Positions 55,981-64,000 of a stretch of 64,000 nucleotides of DNA are shown here, piece by piece. Origin of the DNA: a bacterium UBA2214 (GTDB taxonomy: Bacteria > Zhuqueibacterota > Zhuqueibacteria > Residuimicrobiales > Residuimicrobiaceae); assembly GCA_002327255.1 (NCBI GenBank), contig DCUM01000204.1, forward strand, positions 781 to 64,780, read 5' to 3'. Below the pieces are notes generated by a model that was given only the letters and a program-made list of their open reading frames with translations, did no database searches and was not told the DNA's origin. Position numbers and translations under genes: made by a program. How positions within the stretch are numbered: position 1 is the first letter of the stretch; every line of letters begins with the position of its first letter.

Positions 55981-56579
55981 ACCTCGGCATCATCGATTAT
56001 GGGGCGGGGAATCTGCGCAGTGTCGCCAAGGCGGTGGAATATTGCGGCGCCACAGCGCAGATTATCGCCACGCCGCGAGAGATTCTGCACATGGACAAGA
56101 TCATCCTGCCTGGCGTTGGCGCCTTTGGACACGCCATGTCCGCGCTTGCGCAGCTCGACCTGCTCGATGCGCTCAAAACATTCATGCAGAGCGGCAAACC
56201 CTTTCTCGGCATCTGTCTCGGCATGCAGGTGCTATTTGGCGACAGCGAGGAGAGTCCCGGCGTACCGGGGATCAATATCTTCCCCGGCCACGTGCGTCGT
56301 TTCCCAAACCACCTCAAAGTACCCCATTTGGGCTGGAATCAAATCATCCCCGAGAAATCCTCGCCGCTTTTCAGGGGTGTGCCGGAAGAAGCTTTCTTTT
56401 ATTTTGCACACTCGTATTATGCACATCCAGTGCAATCGGAATGTATCATTGCAACAACTGATTATCAGGGCAGTTACACAGCTGCAACGGCCCGTGAGCC
56501 TGTATTTGGCATTCAATTTCATCCGGAAAAATCACAAAGCAACGGTCTGCTTGTATTGAACAATTTTATCACGCTTTAG
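55977..56579 (+). CDS. hisH: Imidazole glycerol phosphate synthase, glutamine amidotransferase subunit
   Basis: IIDYGAGNLRSV, GICLGMQVLF (Cys nucleophile), HPEKS. Confidence 0.85.
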   Translation: MNLGIIDYGAGNLRSVAKAVEYCGATAQIIATPREILHMDKIILPGVGAFGHAMSALAQLDLLDALKTFMQSGKPFLGICLGMQVLFGDSEESPGVPGINIFPGHVRRFPNHLKVPHLGWNQIIPEKSSPLFRGVPEEAFFYFAHSYYAHPVQSECIIATTDYQGSYTAATAREPVFGIQFHPEKSQSNGLLVLNNFITL

Positions 56580-57009
56580 CCGGAAGCATTTAACCTGAAT
56601 AATTCACACAACACCAGGGCACAAAGCTCACAAAGAGCACCGGGTGAATTTATTGATTAAACAATATTGGATTGATCCCTTAAATGATAACCGTCATATA
56701 CTTCGTGTGCCTGGTGGACTTTGCGTGAAAAATGCATTTTGAAACCTGTTGTGCCGAATCATATGGTATCCAGGCAAGTCGCAGCTTTTGTTGGCCTGTT
56801 TGCTGATTCATCAGGTTAAATACTCCGAAAAAACGAGGCGGAATCGATAATTGTAGTGTTTTGGATTGAAACCTTATCAACCGTTTTTTGGCAATGCATG
56901 CGCCTGGTGGTTGCGTTCAGTTTTGAGACTTGGCGCTTTCTATCGCAAGGTTGGCAGGCATGTTACTGCTGCCAATTCCGGTGTGTGCGGGTTCAGATCA
57001 GGAGGTAAA

Positions 57010-57744
57010 TTGGAGTTCATACCTGCCATCGATATTCTGCACGGACAATGTGTCCGGCTGCTGCAGGGAGATCGTCAACGGGTCACCGTCTACCATGAAG
57101 ATCCATTGCAAATCGCGCACCACTGGCGGGATCAGGGCGCGAAGCGGCTGCACATTGTCAATCTGGATGGCGCCTTTGGCGCGGCCAATGACAACAGCGC
57201 CATCGTGCGGGAAATCATTTTGTCGGAGACGCTCCCTGTACAGCTCGGGGGTGGTATCCGCACGCTCGATCAGGCCCGTTCCTGGATGGATATGGGGGTT
57301 TCCAGGATCATCCTCGGCACCATCGCCATAGGCACACCGGCTCTGCTGGATGAGATGCTGACATTGTTTTCCCCGGAGCGCATTATCGTTGGACTCGATG
57401 CCCGCGGCGGACACATTGCCATCAGGGGCTGGGAGCAGGTCACTTCCGCGCAATTGCTTCCCACGGCGCAGGCCCTGCAGGCGCGCGGCGTCCTGCGCAT
57501 CATCTACACCGATATCAGCAGGGACGGTGCCCTGACCGGACCCGATTTGGCCGGCACACGCCAATTGTGCGAAAAGACGCAGCTCAAAATAATCGCCTCG
57601 GGTGGTTTTGCGAATCTGGATCATTTGAAAGCGCTTTGCCAGTTGCCGTGTGCAAACCTGGAGGGGGCGGTTTTGGGCAAAGCGCTTTACGAAAACAAGG
57701 TGTCGTTTATGGAATTATCGCAGTTGATGAAAACGATGGAGTAG
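57010..57744 (+). CDS. hisA: ProFAR isomerase
   Basis: TTG start after a perfect [53 protein letters not shown]. Confidence 0.8.
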   Translation: MEFIPAIDILHGQCVRLLQGDRQRVTVYHEDPLQIAHHWRDQGAKRLHIVNLDGAFGAANDNSAIVREIILSETLPVQLGGGIRTLDQARSWMDMGVSRIILGTIAIGTPALLDEMLTLFSPERIIVGLDARGGHIAIRGWEQVTSAQLLPTAQALQARGVLRIIYTDISRDGALTGPDLAGTRQLCEKTQLKIIASGGFANLDHLKALCQLPCANLEGAVLGKALYENKVSFMELSQLMKTME

Positions 57745-57749
57745 CGGTC

Positions 57750-58508
57750 ATGCTCGCCAGAAGGATCATCCCGTGTCTGGACGTCAAGGAAGGGCGCGTG
57801 GTCAAAGGAACCCAATTTGTCAATTTGCGCGATGCCGGCGATCCGGTTGAGCAAGCGCGTTTTTATGACGAGCAGGGGGCTGACGAACTTGTTTTTTTGG
57901 ATATCACGGCATCCGCAGAATACCGTGATATCATCTATGATGTAGTAGCGCATACCGCTGAGCAGGTTTTCATGCCGCTGACGGTCGGCGGCGGCATTCG
58001 CACGGTGGCGGATGCCCGTAAATTGCTGCAGAGTGGTGCCGATAAAATCGCCATCAACACAGCGGCGCTGCAGGAGCCGGAACTGGTCGCTGCGTGCGCG
58101 CGTCAGTTCGGCAGTCAAGCGGTCGTCGTGGCCATCGATGCGCGCCGGATATCGGCCGGGAGGTGGCAAGTCTTTATTCATGGAGGTCGCACCGCCATGG
58201 ATGTGGATGCGGTACAATGGGCACTCGAGGCAGAGCACAGAGGCGCCGGTGAAATTCTTCTCACCTCGATGGATCGCGACGGTACCAGGGATGGTTACGA
58301 TATAGATCTCACGCGCGCCATCAGCACCCGCGTCAACATCCCTGTGATTGCTTCGGGGGGCTGCGGCGAGGCCGCCCATTTTTTTGATGTCTTTGAAAAT
58401 GGCAAAGCCGACGCCGCATTGGCTGCATCGGTCTTCCATTACCGGCACAACAGCATCGCCGAAATCAAGAACTATCTCAAGGAGAGAGGCATCCATGTCC
58501 GAATATGA
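57750..58508 (+). CDS. hisF: Imidazole glycerol phosphate synthase cyclase subunit
   Basis: [32 protein letters not shown]. Confidence 0.85.
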   Translation: MLARRIIPCLDVKEGRVVKGTQFVNLRDAGDPVEQARFYDEQGADELVFLDITASAEYRDIIYDVVAHTAEQVFMPLTVGGGIRTVADARKLLQSGADKIAINTAALQEPELVAACARQFGSQAVVVAIDARRISAGRWQVFIHGGRTAMDVDAVQWALEAEHRGAGEILLTSMDRDGTRDGYDIDLTRAISTRVNIPVIASGGCGEAAHFFDVFENGKADAALAASVFHYRHNSIAEIKNYLKERGIHVRI

Positions 58509-58842
58509 ATCTCTGAAACAGGATAAATTTCTATCAGACCTGAAGTTTGACCAGCAGGGACTCATTCCCGCCATCATCCAGGATGAAGCAGATGGCGCCA
58601 TCCTCATGTTGGGCTATATGAATGAAAAGAGTTTGCAGATAACCCTGGAGAGCGGTCAGGTGACATTTTGGAGCCGTTCGCGGAAAAAGTACTGGACCAA
58701 AGGGGAGACCTCCGGACATTATCTCTATCTCGTCAAGATATTCACCGATTGCGATCGTGATGCCTTGTTGCTGCGCGTTCGCCCCATTGGACCGACATGC
58801 CATACAGGCAAACGAAGCTGTTTTTCCTGGGAGATGGCGTAA
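58495..58842 (+). CDS. hisI: Phosphoribosyl-AMP cyclohydrolase (HisI only, no HisE domain)
   Basis: [35 protein letters not shown]. It overlaps the hisF stop by 14 nt. Confidence 0.8.
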   Translation: MSEYESLKQDKFLSDLKFDQQGLIPAIIQDEADGAILMLGYMNEKSLQITLESGQVTFWSRSRKKYWTKGETSGHYLYLVKIFTDCDRDALLLRVRPIGPTCHTGKRSCFSWEMA

Positions 58843-58892
58843 AAGATCAACCTTCGGGGACTCGGATAACCGTTCCACGAGGAGGGAGGCAG

Positions 58893-59714
58893 ATGCACGC
58901 AAGAGTGGTTGTTCTGTGTCTATTAATCATTTGTGCGGAGGGCCGCACGGGTAGTGCGCAAAAGCTCCTGACACCGGAGACCTTTCAGGAATTCCTCTAT
59001 CCCGGTGCAAAACCGGAACCCGCTGCCATCAAGGCGCTGGATCAGAAAATTCTCACCACATTTCCGGATGCCAGACCTGTCAAACTGACCTCCCTGTTGA
59101 CGCCGACCGCGTGGCAGAAGGTCGTCGCTTACTATACGATCATGACCGGGCTGCCATTCCGTCAGATCGGTCCACGATTTTACTTCATCTTTTCCTCTCG
59201 CAACGGCATCCCGACCGATTATATCGAGGTATGTCCGATTCAGATCCTGCGCGGATCGTCGGATTTCTGGCCGGCACGCATCAATCTGGTTCTGCTTTCG
59301 TTTCCCTTGGCCGGCTTGACGCCGGCCAGCCAACCCACCACGTCCGAATTGAAACCTTTGACGGGCCGCCTCTGGTATCCGGGGCAAACAAGGAACGACC
59401 TGGCGGCGCTGAAAAACCATGAACTGGGTGCCGGAGCGCAGGTGCTCATTATCCTCACAGAAGACTCTTTTGACAAGGTCTATTCCTTTTTCAGACGCAA
59501 TTATGGCCGTATTTATATTGTCAATGCTCATCGTGAACATTTTTCCGAGCGGGATTTTGAATTTGATGCCTCCAGCGCCTTATCAACCCGCCGTCACGGC
59601 AAGGAGTTGCACATTCGCGTCGAGGAAAACCCTCTGCTGGTGGATCGTGAAGGCAACAGTGAACGGTTATTGGGTAAATGTCTGGTGCAATATACCTTCT
59701 GGCCTGCCCAATAA
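58893..59714 (+). CDS. Secreted hypothetical protein
   Basis: Internal Met with GGAGGGAGG RBS. Signal peptide MHARVVVLCLLIICAEGRTGSAQ. Confidence 0.5.
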   Translation: MHARVVVLCLLIICAEGRTGSAQKLLTPETFQEFLYPGAKPEPAAIKALDQKILTTFPDARPVKLTSLLTPTAWQKVVAYYTIMTGLPFRQIGPRFYFIFSSRNGIPTDYIEVCPIQILRGSSDFWPARINLVLLSFPLAGLTPASQPTTSELKPLTGRLWYPGQTRNDLAALKNHELGAGAQVLIILTEDSFDKVYSFFRRNYGRIYIVNAHREHFSERDFEFDASSALSTRRHGKELHIRVEENPLLVDREGNSERLLGKCLVQYTFWPAQ

Positions 59715-59937
59715 CTTTGCACGTCATGAACCCGGATTCGGTGTAAACAGGCACAGGTATCGGAAATGTTGACACCCACAGGGTTACTGATTTCAACGTG
59801 TCACACCGGATCGGGGATAAAATAATCTTGCATTTATCGTATAATTCTATTAAATTTAAAACAGCGTAACCAGACGCATCCTTTTCCGCGCGCTGCATCA
59901 TCATTACCAGGATCACCCGCTTAACGTGAGGGGCGAT

Positions 59938-60306
59938 ATGCCAATACCCGATCCAACACCCGTTGCCAATGGCGTGGGGAAACCCGGCGAATTTCTGGTC
60001 TGGTTTCCGGTCAATGAAACGATTTCCATCGTTGCCTTGACGGTTGGCATCCTGATATTCATCATCGCCTATTTTGCCGGCGGCAAGGAGAACTTTAGCA
60101 AAATCATTGCCAGCACGGTTATATCCATCCTCATCGCGATGCTTGCCATGCCCCTGTTCATAAAACTGGGCCAATTTTTTGGCATTTTGAACTCCAGGGA
60201 GGGAGAAATTTTCATCCTGGTGCTGCTGATGTTTTTTATCGCCGGATTGTCCGCTCACATATACGAGATCATCACCGTATCGGCGCGCGAGGCGAGGCCT
60301 GATTGA
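59938..60306 (+). CDS. Small integral membrane protein, hypothetical
   Basis: GAGGGG RBS. Three hydrophobic helices. Confidence 0.45.
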   Translation: MPIPDPTPVANGVGKPGEFLVWFPVNETISIVALTVGILIFIIAYFAGGKENFSKIIASTVISILIAMLAMPLFIKLGQFFGILNSREGEIFILVLLMFFIAGLSAHIYEIITVSAREARPD

Positions 60307-60524
60307 AAGGATATAGCTTCATCAGCTTTTATACTTGCTTTTCGTAAATATTAAGTGTATATTATCCAACTTTGATCAAACTTGCCGGATTCTGCCCTGG
60401 CGCCGCCCCCCGGCTGCGAGCAAAAGGGCCTATTTCGCTTGTTGTTCATCATGCAGGAATTGCATTTTATCTTAAAGCAACCCATTCGGGCTAAACCATC
60501 CATCAAAAGCGGGTTTGATAAACA

Positions 60525-61196
60525 ATGCTGAAACCAAGAAAGCGAATTACCAAAAAGAAACTCAAGGAAGACAAGCTGGTCACTTTTTATTTCAGGGCCA
60601 GCGATTGGCTGGAAGAAAACAGCAAATACCTGTTCATGGGCCTTGCCGCCATCGTTTTGGTGGCTGCGGCGATCATCTATTTCAATTACGCGCAGGAAAA
60701 ATCCGAGAAAAACGCCAGCGTCGATCTGGCGCGCGCGACGCGTACTTTGGAAACCGGTGACTATCAGAATGCCATTGCGCAATTGAGCAGCATCGTCGAC
60801 AACTATGGCAGCTCGACCAGCGGAACCATGGCGCGTCTCTATCTGGCCAACGCTCTTTTTCAGACCAAAGAATACAACAATGCCGAAAAGAATTATGGCA
60901 AATTTATCTCGCGTTTTTCGGGTGACGAGTACCTGCTAGCCGCGGCTCAGGGCGGCATTGCTGCGTCCCTGCAAGCCCGGAAAAAATGGGCCGAAGCGGC
61001 CAAAGCATATGAAAAAGCGGCCGAAAAATATGACTCGGTTTTGGCGCCCGGATTTTATATTCAAGCCGCGCGGTGCTATACCAGCCTGGGAGATGATCGC
61101 AAGGCCAAATCGCTCTACAACAAAGTGATAGAAGAGTTTCCCCAAGCCACGGAAAAAGAGGAAGCTTTGATGCTTCTCAGCATGCTCGGCGCTTGA
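60525..61196 (+). CDS. Membrane-anchored TPR protein, YfgM-like (UPF0070)
   Basis: N-terminal basic segment plus a single TM (YLFMGLAAIVLVAAAIIYF), followed by TPR-like repeats. Confidence 0.5.
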   Translation: MLKPRKRITKKKLKEDKLVTFYFRASDWLEENSKYLFMGLAAIVLVAAAIIYFNYAQEKSEKNASVDLARATRTLETGDYQNAIAQLSSIVDNYGSSTSGTMARLYLANALFQTKEYNNAEKNYGKFISRFSGDEYLLAAAQGGIAASLQARKKWAEAAKAYEKAAEKYDSVLAPGFYIQAARCYTSLGDDRKAKSLYNKVIEEFPQATEKEEALMLLSMLGA

Positions 61197-61252
61197 TTTT
61201 TTAGCGATTTTTCTTGCATAGTTCATTATTTTTTTATATATTATCACGCTGA

Positions 61253-61282
61253 AGTGGGTCCATCTGACCCACTTTTTTGTTG
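61253..61282 (+). terminator. Rho-independent terminator (AGTGGGTC-catct-GACCCACT + TTTTTTGTTGTT)
   Basis: Stem-loop plus T-run, 57 nt after the YfgM-like stop and 17 nt before rimP. Confidence 0.55.
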
Positions 61283-61298
61283 TTATAGGGTTCATTCT

Positions 61299-61751
61299 GT
61301 GAATACATCAGAAGAAATCAAAAAACTTGTCGATCCTGTTCTCGAAACGCTTGGCCTTGAACTGGTTGATGTGGAAGTGAAGGGCGGAGGGGGCAAAAGC
61401 ATCGTGCGGATAACCATCGATGTCGCAGGCGGCATCCGTATCGGGCAGTGTACTCAGGCCAGTCGCGTCATTGCCGATCTACTGGATCAGAAGGATGTCA
61501 TCCCGGGGCGATATACACTCGAAGTCTCATCTCCCGGCACAGACCGGCCGCTGAAATCCGGCAAAGATTTCTCACGACATTGCCATCGCATGGTAAAAGT
61601 AAACTTTACGGTAAACGGTGAAACCTCGCAGTGTCTCGGCCAAATCAACCGCGTCGAGGATGATATGCTCTATTTGCATACAGCAGACAGTGACTTGAAA
61701 ATACCATTGTGTGATATCACGTTGGCCAAAATAGTTGTCGAAATGAAATGA
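61299..61751 (+). CDS. rimP: Ribosome maturation factor RimP
   Basis: GTG start within ORF 61254..61751. LVDPVLETLGLELVDVE...LEVSSPGTDRPL. Confidence 0.7.
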   Translation: MNTSEEIKKLVDPVLETLGLELVDVEVKGGGGKSIVRITIDVAGGIRIGQCTQASRVIADLLDQKDVIPGRYTLEVSSPGTDRPLKSGKDFSRHCHRMVKVNFTVNGETSQCLGQINRVEDDMLYLHTADSDLKIPLCDITLAKIVVEMK

Positions 61752-61770
61752 TGTTCATTGGGTACACATT

Positions 61771-63015
61771 ATGAAAAATGAAATCGTCGAAGCATTCTCG
61801 CTCCTGGTGAAGGAGAAGAACATTGACAAAGAAGTGCTGTCCAGAATCCTTCAGGAAATTTTTCTCACGTTGGTGAAGAAAAAATATGGGCAGAATGGCA
61901 ACTACTCCATCTTTGTCAATATGGAGAAGGGCGAGATTGAAATCTACCAGAGCAAGACCATCGTCTCTGAGGTTGGGGATGAGGTGACCGAAATTGCCCT
62001 GGAGATTGCACAGCGAACCGAACCCGATCTGGAAGAAGGCGACGAGTTTTTGGAAATCATCGATCCCTCCACTTTTGGCCGGCGTCTGATTATCTCCGCC
62101 AAACAAAATTTGAATCAACGCATCAAAGAGATCGAAAAAGAGCTGGTTTACGAGGAATTTATCAACCGGGTCGGTGAAATTCTCATCGGTGAGATTCGCC
62201 AGCTCAATCGTGATGAAATATTCATGACCGTGGACAACAAAATCGAAGTCCTCCTGCCCAAATCCGAACAAATCAAGGACGAGAAATACCGTCGCGGTGA
62301 ATCGCTGCGTGCGGTTATCAAAGAGGTTCGCAAGAGCAATCGCGGCCCGGAGATTATCGTCAGTCGCGCCGATCCCTCGTTCATCACCCGTCTTTTCGAA
62401 AATGAAGTGCCCGAGATTGAAGAAGGCATCATCGAGATCAGAACCATCGCCAGAGAGCCGGGCGAGCGCACCAAGATTGGTGTCTACAGCCACGACAAGC
62501 GCATCGATGCCGTAGGGGCTTGCGTCGGCATGAAAGGCATGCGCATTCAGTCTATCGTGCGCGAGTTGAACAATGAAAAAATCGACATCATAAACTGGAG
62601 CAGCGAGCCGGAAATATTCATCACCCGGGCACTCAGCCCGGCAAAACCCCTGCGTATCATCATTGATGAAGAGGAGAAAAAAGTCACCGCGGTTCTCGAC
62701 GACGAACAAATTTCATTGGCCATCGGCAAGGGCGGACTGAATCGCAGACTCGCTTCACGTTTGACGGGATATGATATCCAGACCATGCGTGAGGAAGACT
62801 ACAGAAAGATGATCGATGCGCAGCGCGATCTCGATAAACCGCTCGAGGATGTGGTGGGGGTTTCTGAAAAAGTCAAACAAATCTTACTGGATGGCGGTTA
62901 CAGCACTGTTCGCGACGTTCTCACGGCAGATGTTGAGAACTTGACCAAGCTGCCGGGTATTGGTGTCAAAACAGCGGAAAAAATTATCTCTGCTTTGGAA
63001 GCAGAATCTCACTAG
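61771..63015 (+). CDS. nusA: Transcription termination/antitermination factor NusA
   Basis: N-terminal domain, S1 (GEILIGEIRQ), two KH domains (GMKGMRIQSIVRELNNEKIDII) and C-terminal HhH (LPGIGVKTAEKI). Confidence 0.9.
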   Translation: MKNEIVEAFSLLVKEKNIDKEVLSRILQEIFLTLVKKKYGQNGNYSIFVNMEKGEIEIYQSKTIVSEVGDEVTEIALEIAQRTEPDLEEGDEFLEIIDPSTFGRRLIISAKQNLNQRIKEIEKELVYEEFINRVGEILIGEIRQLNRDEIFMTVDNKIEVLLPKSEQIKDEKYRRGESLRAVIKEVRKSNRGPEIIVSRADPSFITRLFENEVPEIEEGIIEIRTIAREPGERTKIGVYSHDKRIDAVGACVGMKGMRIQSIVRELNNEKIDIINWSSEPEIFITRALSPAKPLRIIIDEEEKKVTAVLDDEQISLAIGKGGLNRRLASRLTGYDIQTMREEDYRKMIDAQRDLDKPLEDVVGVSEKVKQILLDGGYSTVRDVLTADVENLTKLPGIGVKTAEKIISALEAESH

Positions 63016-63073
63016 ATGCGGGTCCGTTCCTTCCTTTGTTTCGACGCATCGGTAGAATCTTAGGAGCTCTATA

Positions 63074-64000
63074 TTGTCTGTTAAAATGCGGGTATTTCAA
63101 ATAGCGAGAGAATTTAACATCTCCAACGAAGCTCTCATCGCTTTCCTCACAAAATTGAACTTTGATATCCGAAATCAGATGAGCGTGATTTCGGATGAGG
63201 CCTACGCTTTGGTCGCCGAAAAATTCGGGGAAAAGGCGCCCCAGGTCGATGAAGAATATGAATTTCGCCGACGCCTGCGTGAAAAGAAAGCCAATGAGGA
63301 AGCCAAGAAGCTCGAAAAGCAAAAGGATCTGGAACGTCGCCTGCAGGTTGCGCAGGAGTACGCCAAAGAGATGCCTGGGCTGCGCAAAAAACGCGAAGCG
63401 GAAATGGCCGAAGAAGCAGCCGCCAAACAAAAACTTTTTGCCACGGAAGCGGTTGGTGAAGCACCCGTCAAGAGCGGCAAACCGTCTCAGGTTTCTGATG
63501 TTGCTGAAGTGACTGAAATCAAACCCGAAGATGTTGAGAGCAAAACCCGTAAAAAATTGATTGTGATCGAGATCCCACCCGAAGAGCTCGGGAAACGGCA
63601 ACGCACCAGGGAACGGGCCCCGGAGGCCGCAAGCGAAAGCAAACCAGGAAAGCCCGAAAAACCCGCAGCAGCCGGAAAAGAAATGGTCACCCCGGAGCGT
63701 CTCAGTGAGATCGAGGCCGAAGAGGGGCGCGCACGCAAGAAAAAACGCAAACGCAAACGCAAGAAGAAGGGCGTCGACAAGGTCGAAACGCCCGCCGTGA
63801 AGCCGGCTGAGGCCGACCACAAACGCAAGCGGACCAAAAAGAAGAAAAAGGTCACCTTCAACGAAGAGGAAATCAAGGAATCGATCCGCCAAACCATGGC
63901 GAACCTGGACGAGACCGGAAAGATCAAACGCAAAAAACGCCGTACGCAGGCCGAAGAAGAGATCGAAGCCGATGAGTCTCCCGTCATCAAGGTCAGCGAA
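63074..64000 (+). CDS. infB: Translation initiation factor IF-2, N-terminal region (3'-truncated by the window edge)
   Basis: TTG start 6 nt after AGGAG. MSVKMRVFQIAREFNISNEALIAFL (IF2_N domain, compare B. subtilis MAKMRVYEYAK) followed by a Lys/Glu/Arg-rich linker. The frame is open to the window end. Confidence 0.8.
   Translation, partial: MSVKMRVFQIAREFNISNEALIAFLTKLNFDIRNQMSVISDEAYALVAEKFGEKAPQVDEEYEFRRRLREKKANEEAKKLEKQKDLERRLQVAQEYAKEMPGLRKKREAEMAEEAAAKQKLFATEAVGEAPVKSGKPSQVSDVAEVTEIKPEDVESKTRKKLIVIEIPPEELGKRQRTRERAPEAASESKPGKPEKPAAAGKEMVTPERLSEIEAEEGRARKKKRKRKRKKKGVDKVETPAVKPAEADHKRKRTKKKKKVTFNEEEIKESIRQTMANLDETGKIKRKKRRTQAEEEIEADESPVIKVSE

Noticed and set aside
56680-56880. 66-aa minus-strand ORF inside the hisH-hisA spacer
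   Set aside because: It has no RBS, is AT-rich and has no family resemblance. The spacer is more likely non-coding (see findings).
1-64000. CRISPR arrays, tRNA/rRNA genes, IS elements, integrases, toxin-antitoxin or restriction-modification defence islands
   Set aside because: There are no regularly spaced direct repeats, no tRNA-like T-arm/anticodon-stem signatures, and no transposase, integrase or recombinase-like ORFs anywhere in the window.

Overview
High-GC (~58%) bacterial chromosomal segment, densely packed with mostly core-metabolism genes. I saw no rRNA, tRNA, CRISPR array, transposase or integrase. Two proteins carry T9SS-type/FlgD-Ig C-terminal sorting domains, several genes use TTG/GTG starts, and the layout is unlike Enterobacteria, which suggests an FCB-group-like or candidate-phylum organism. 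In order, the window contains the following. (1) The 3' end of der. (2) A secreted HExxH zinc metalloprotease with a T9SS tail. (3) A beta-barrel/TPR YbgF-like protein. (4) A long minus-strand envelope operon: secreted hypothetical, FecR-domain protein, 855-aa outer-membrane beta-barrel, CHASE2 class-III adenylate cyclase and a small ORF. (5) An SDR gene. (6) A Zn/Mn ABC transporter. (7) An AMP-binding acyl-ACP-synthetase-like gene. (8) A GH13 alpha-amylase-family gene. (9) An S9 peptidase. (10) A CorA-family transporter. (11) A tandem universal stress protein. (12) An orphan zf-HC2 anti-sigma-like small protein. (13) An SOS mutagenesis operon lexA-imuB-DUF1848-GNAT-fold protein-dnaE2. It sits behind a consensus sigma70 promoter with a GGGTGAAA-N4-TTTCACCC palindrome, has no imuA, and has two unexpected genes embedded. 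(14) Adenosine deaminase. (15) An amgK - stand-alone RapZ-C-terminal-domain - murU operon. (16) A FlgD-Ig + M19 dipeptidase fusion. (17) A DUF4254 protein. (18) A rubrerythrin-iscS-iscU-small ORF-flavodiiron cluster. (19) A 2-oxoacid dehydrogenase locus lpd, E1 (fused alpha-beta), E1alpha, E1beta, small ferritin-like ORF, E2, thyX, lipA. (20) def. (21) A ROK kinase. (22) A D-cysteine desulfhydrase/ACC-deaminase family gene. (23) An E. coli-like his operon, hisG-D-C-B-H-(430 bp AT-rich spacer)-A-F-I, preceded by a His-rich leader peptide (VHHQHHHH) and an intrinsic terminator, which is a classic attenuator. (24) Hypothetical envelope proteins. (25) A YfgM-like TPR protein. (26) The start of the rimP-nusA-infB operon. 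The most interesting items are the non-canonical SOS mutasome cassette, the his leader-peptide attenuator in this lineage, the orphan RapZ C-terminal domain in a MurNAc-recycling operon, and the CHASE2-cyclase/FecR/OMP operon.
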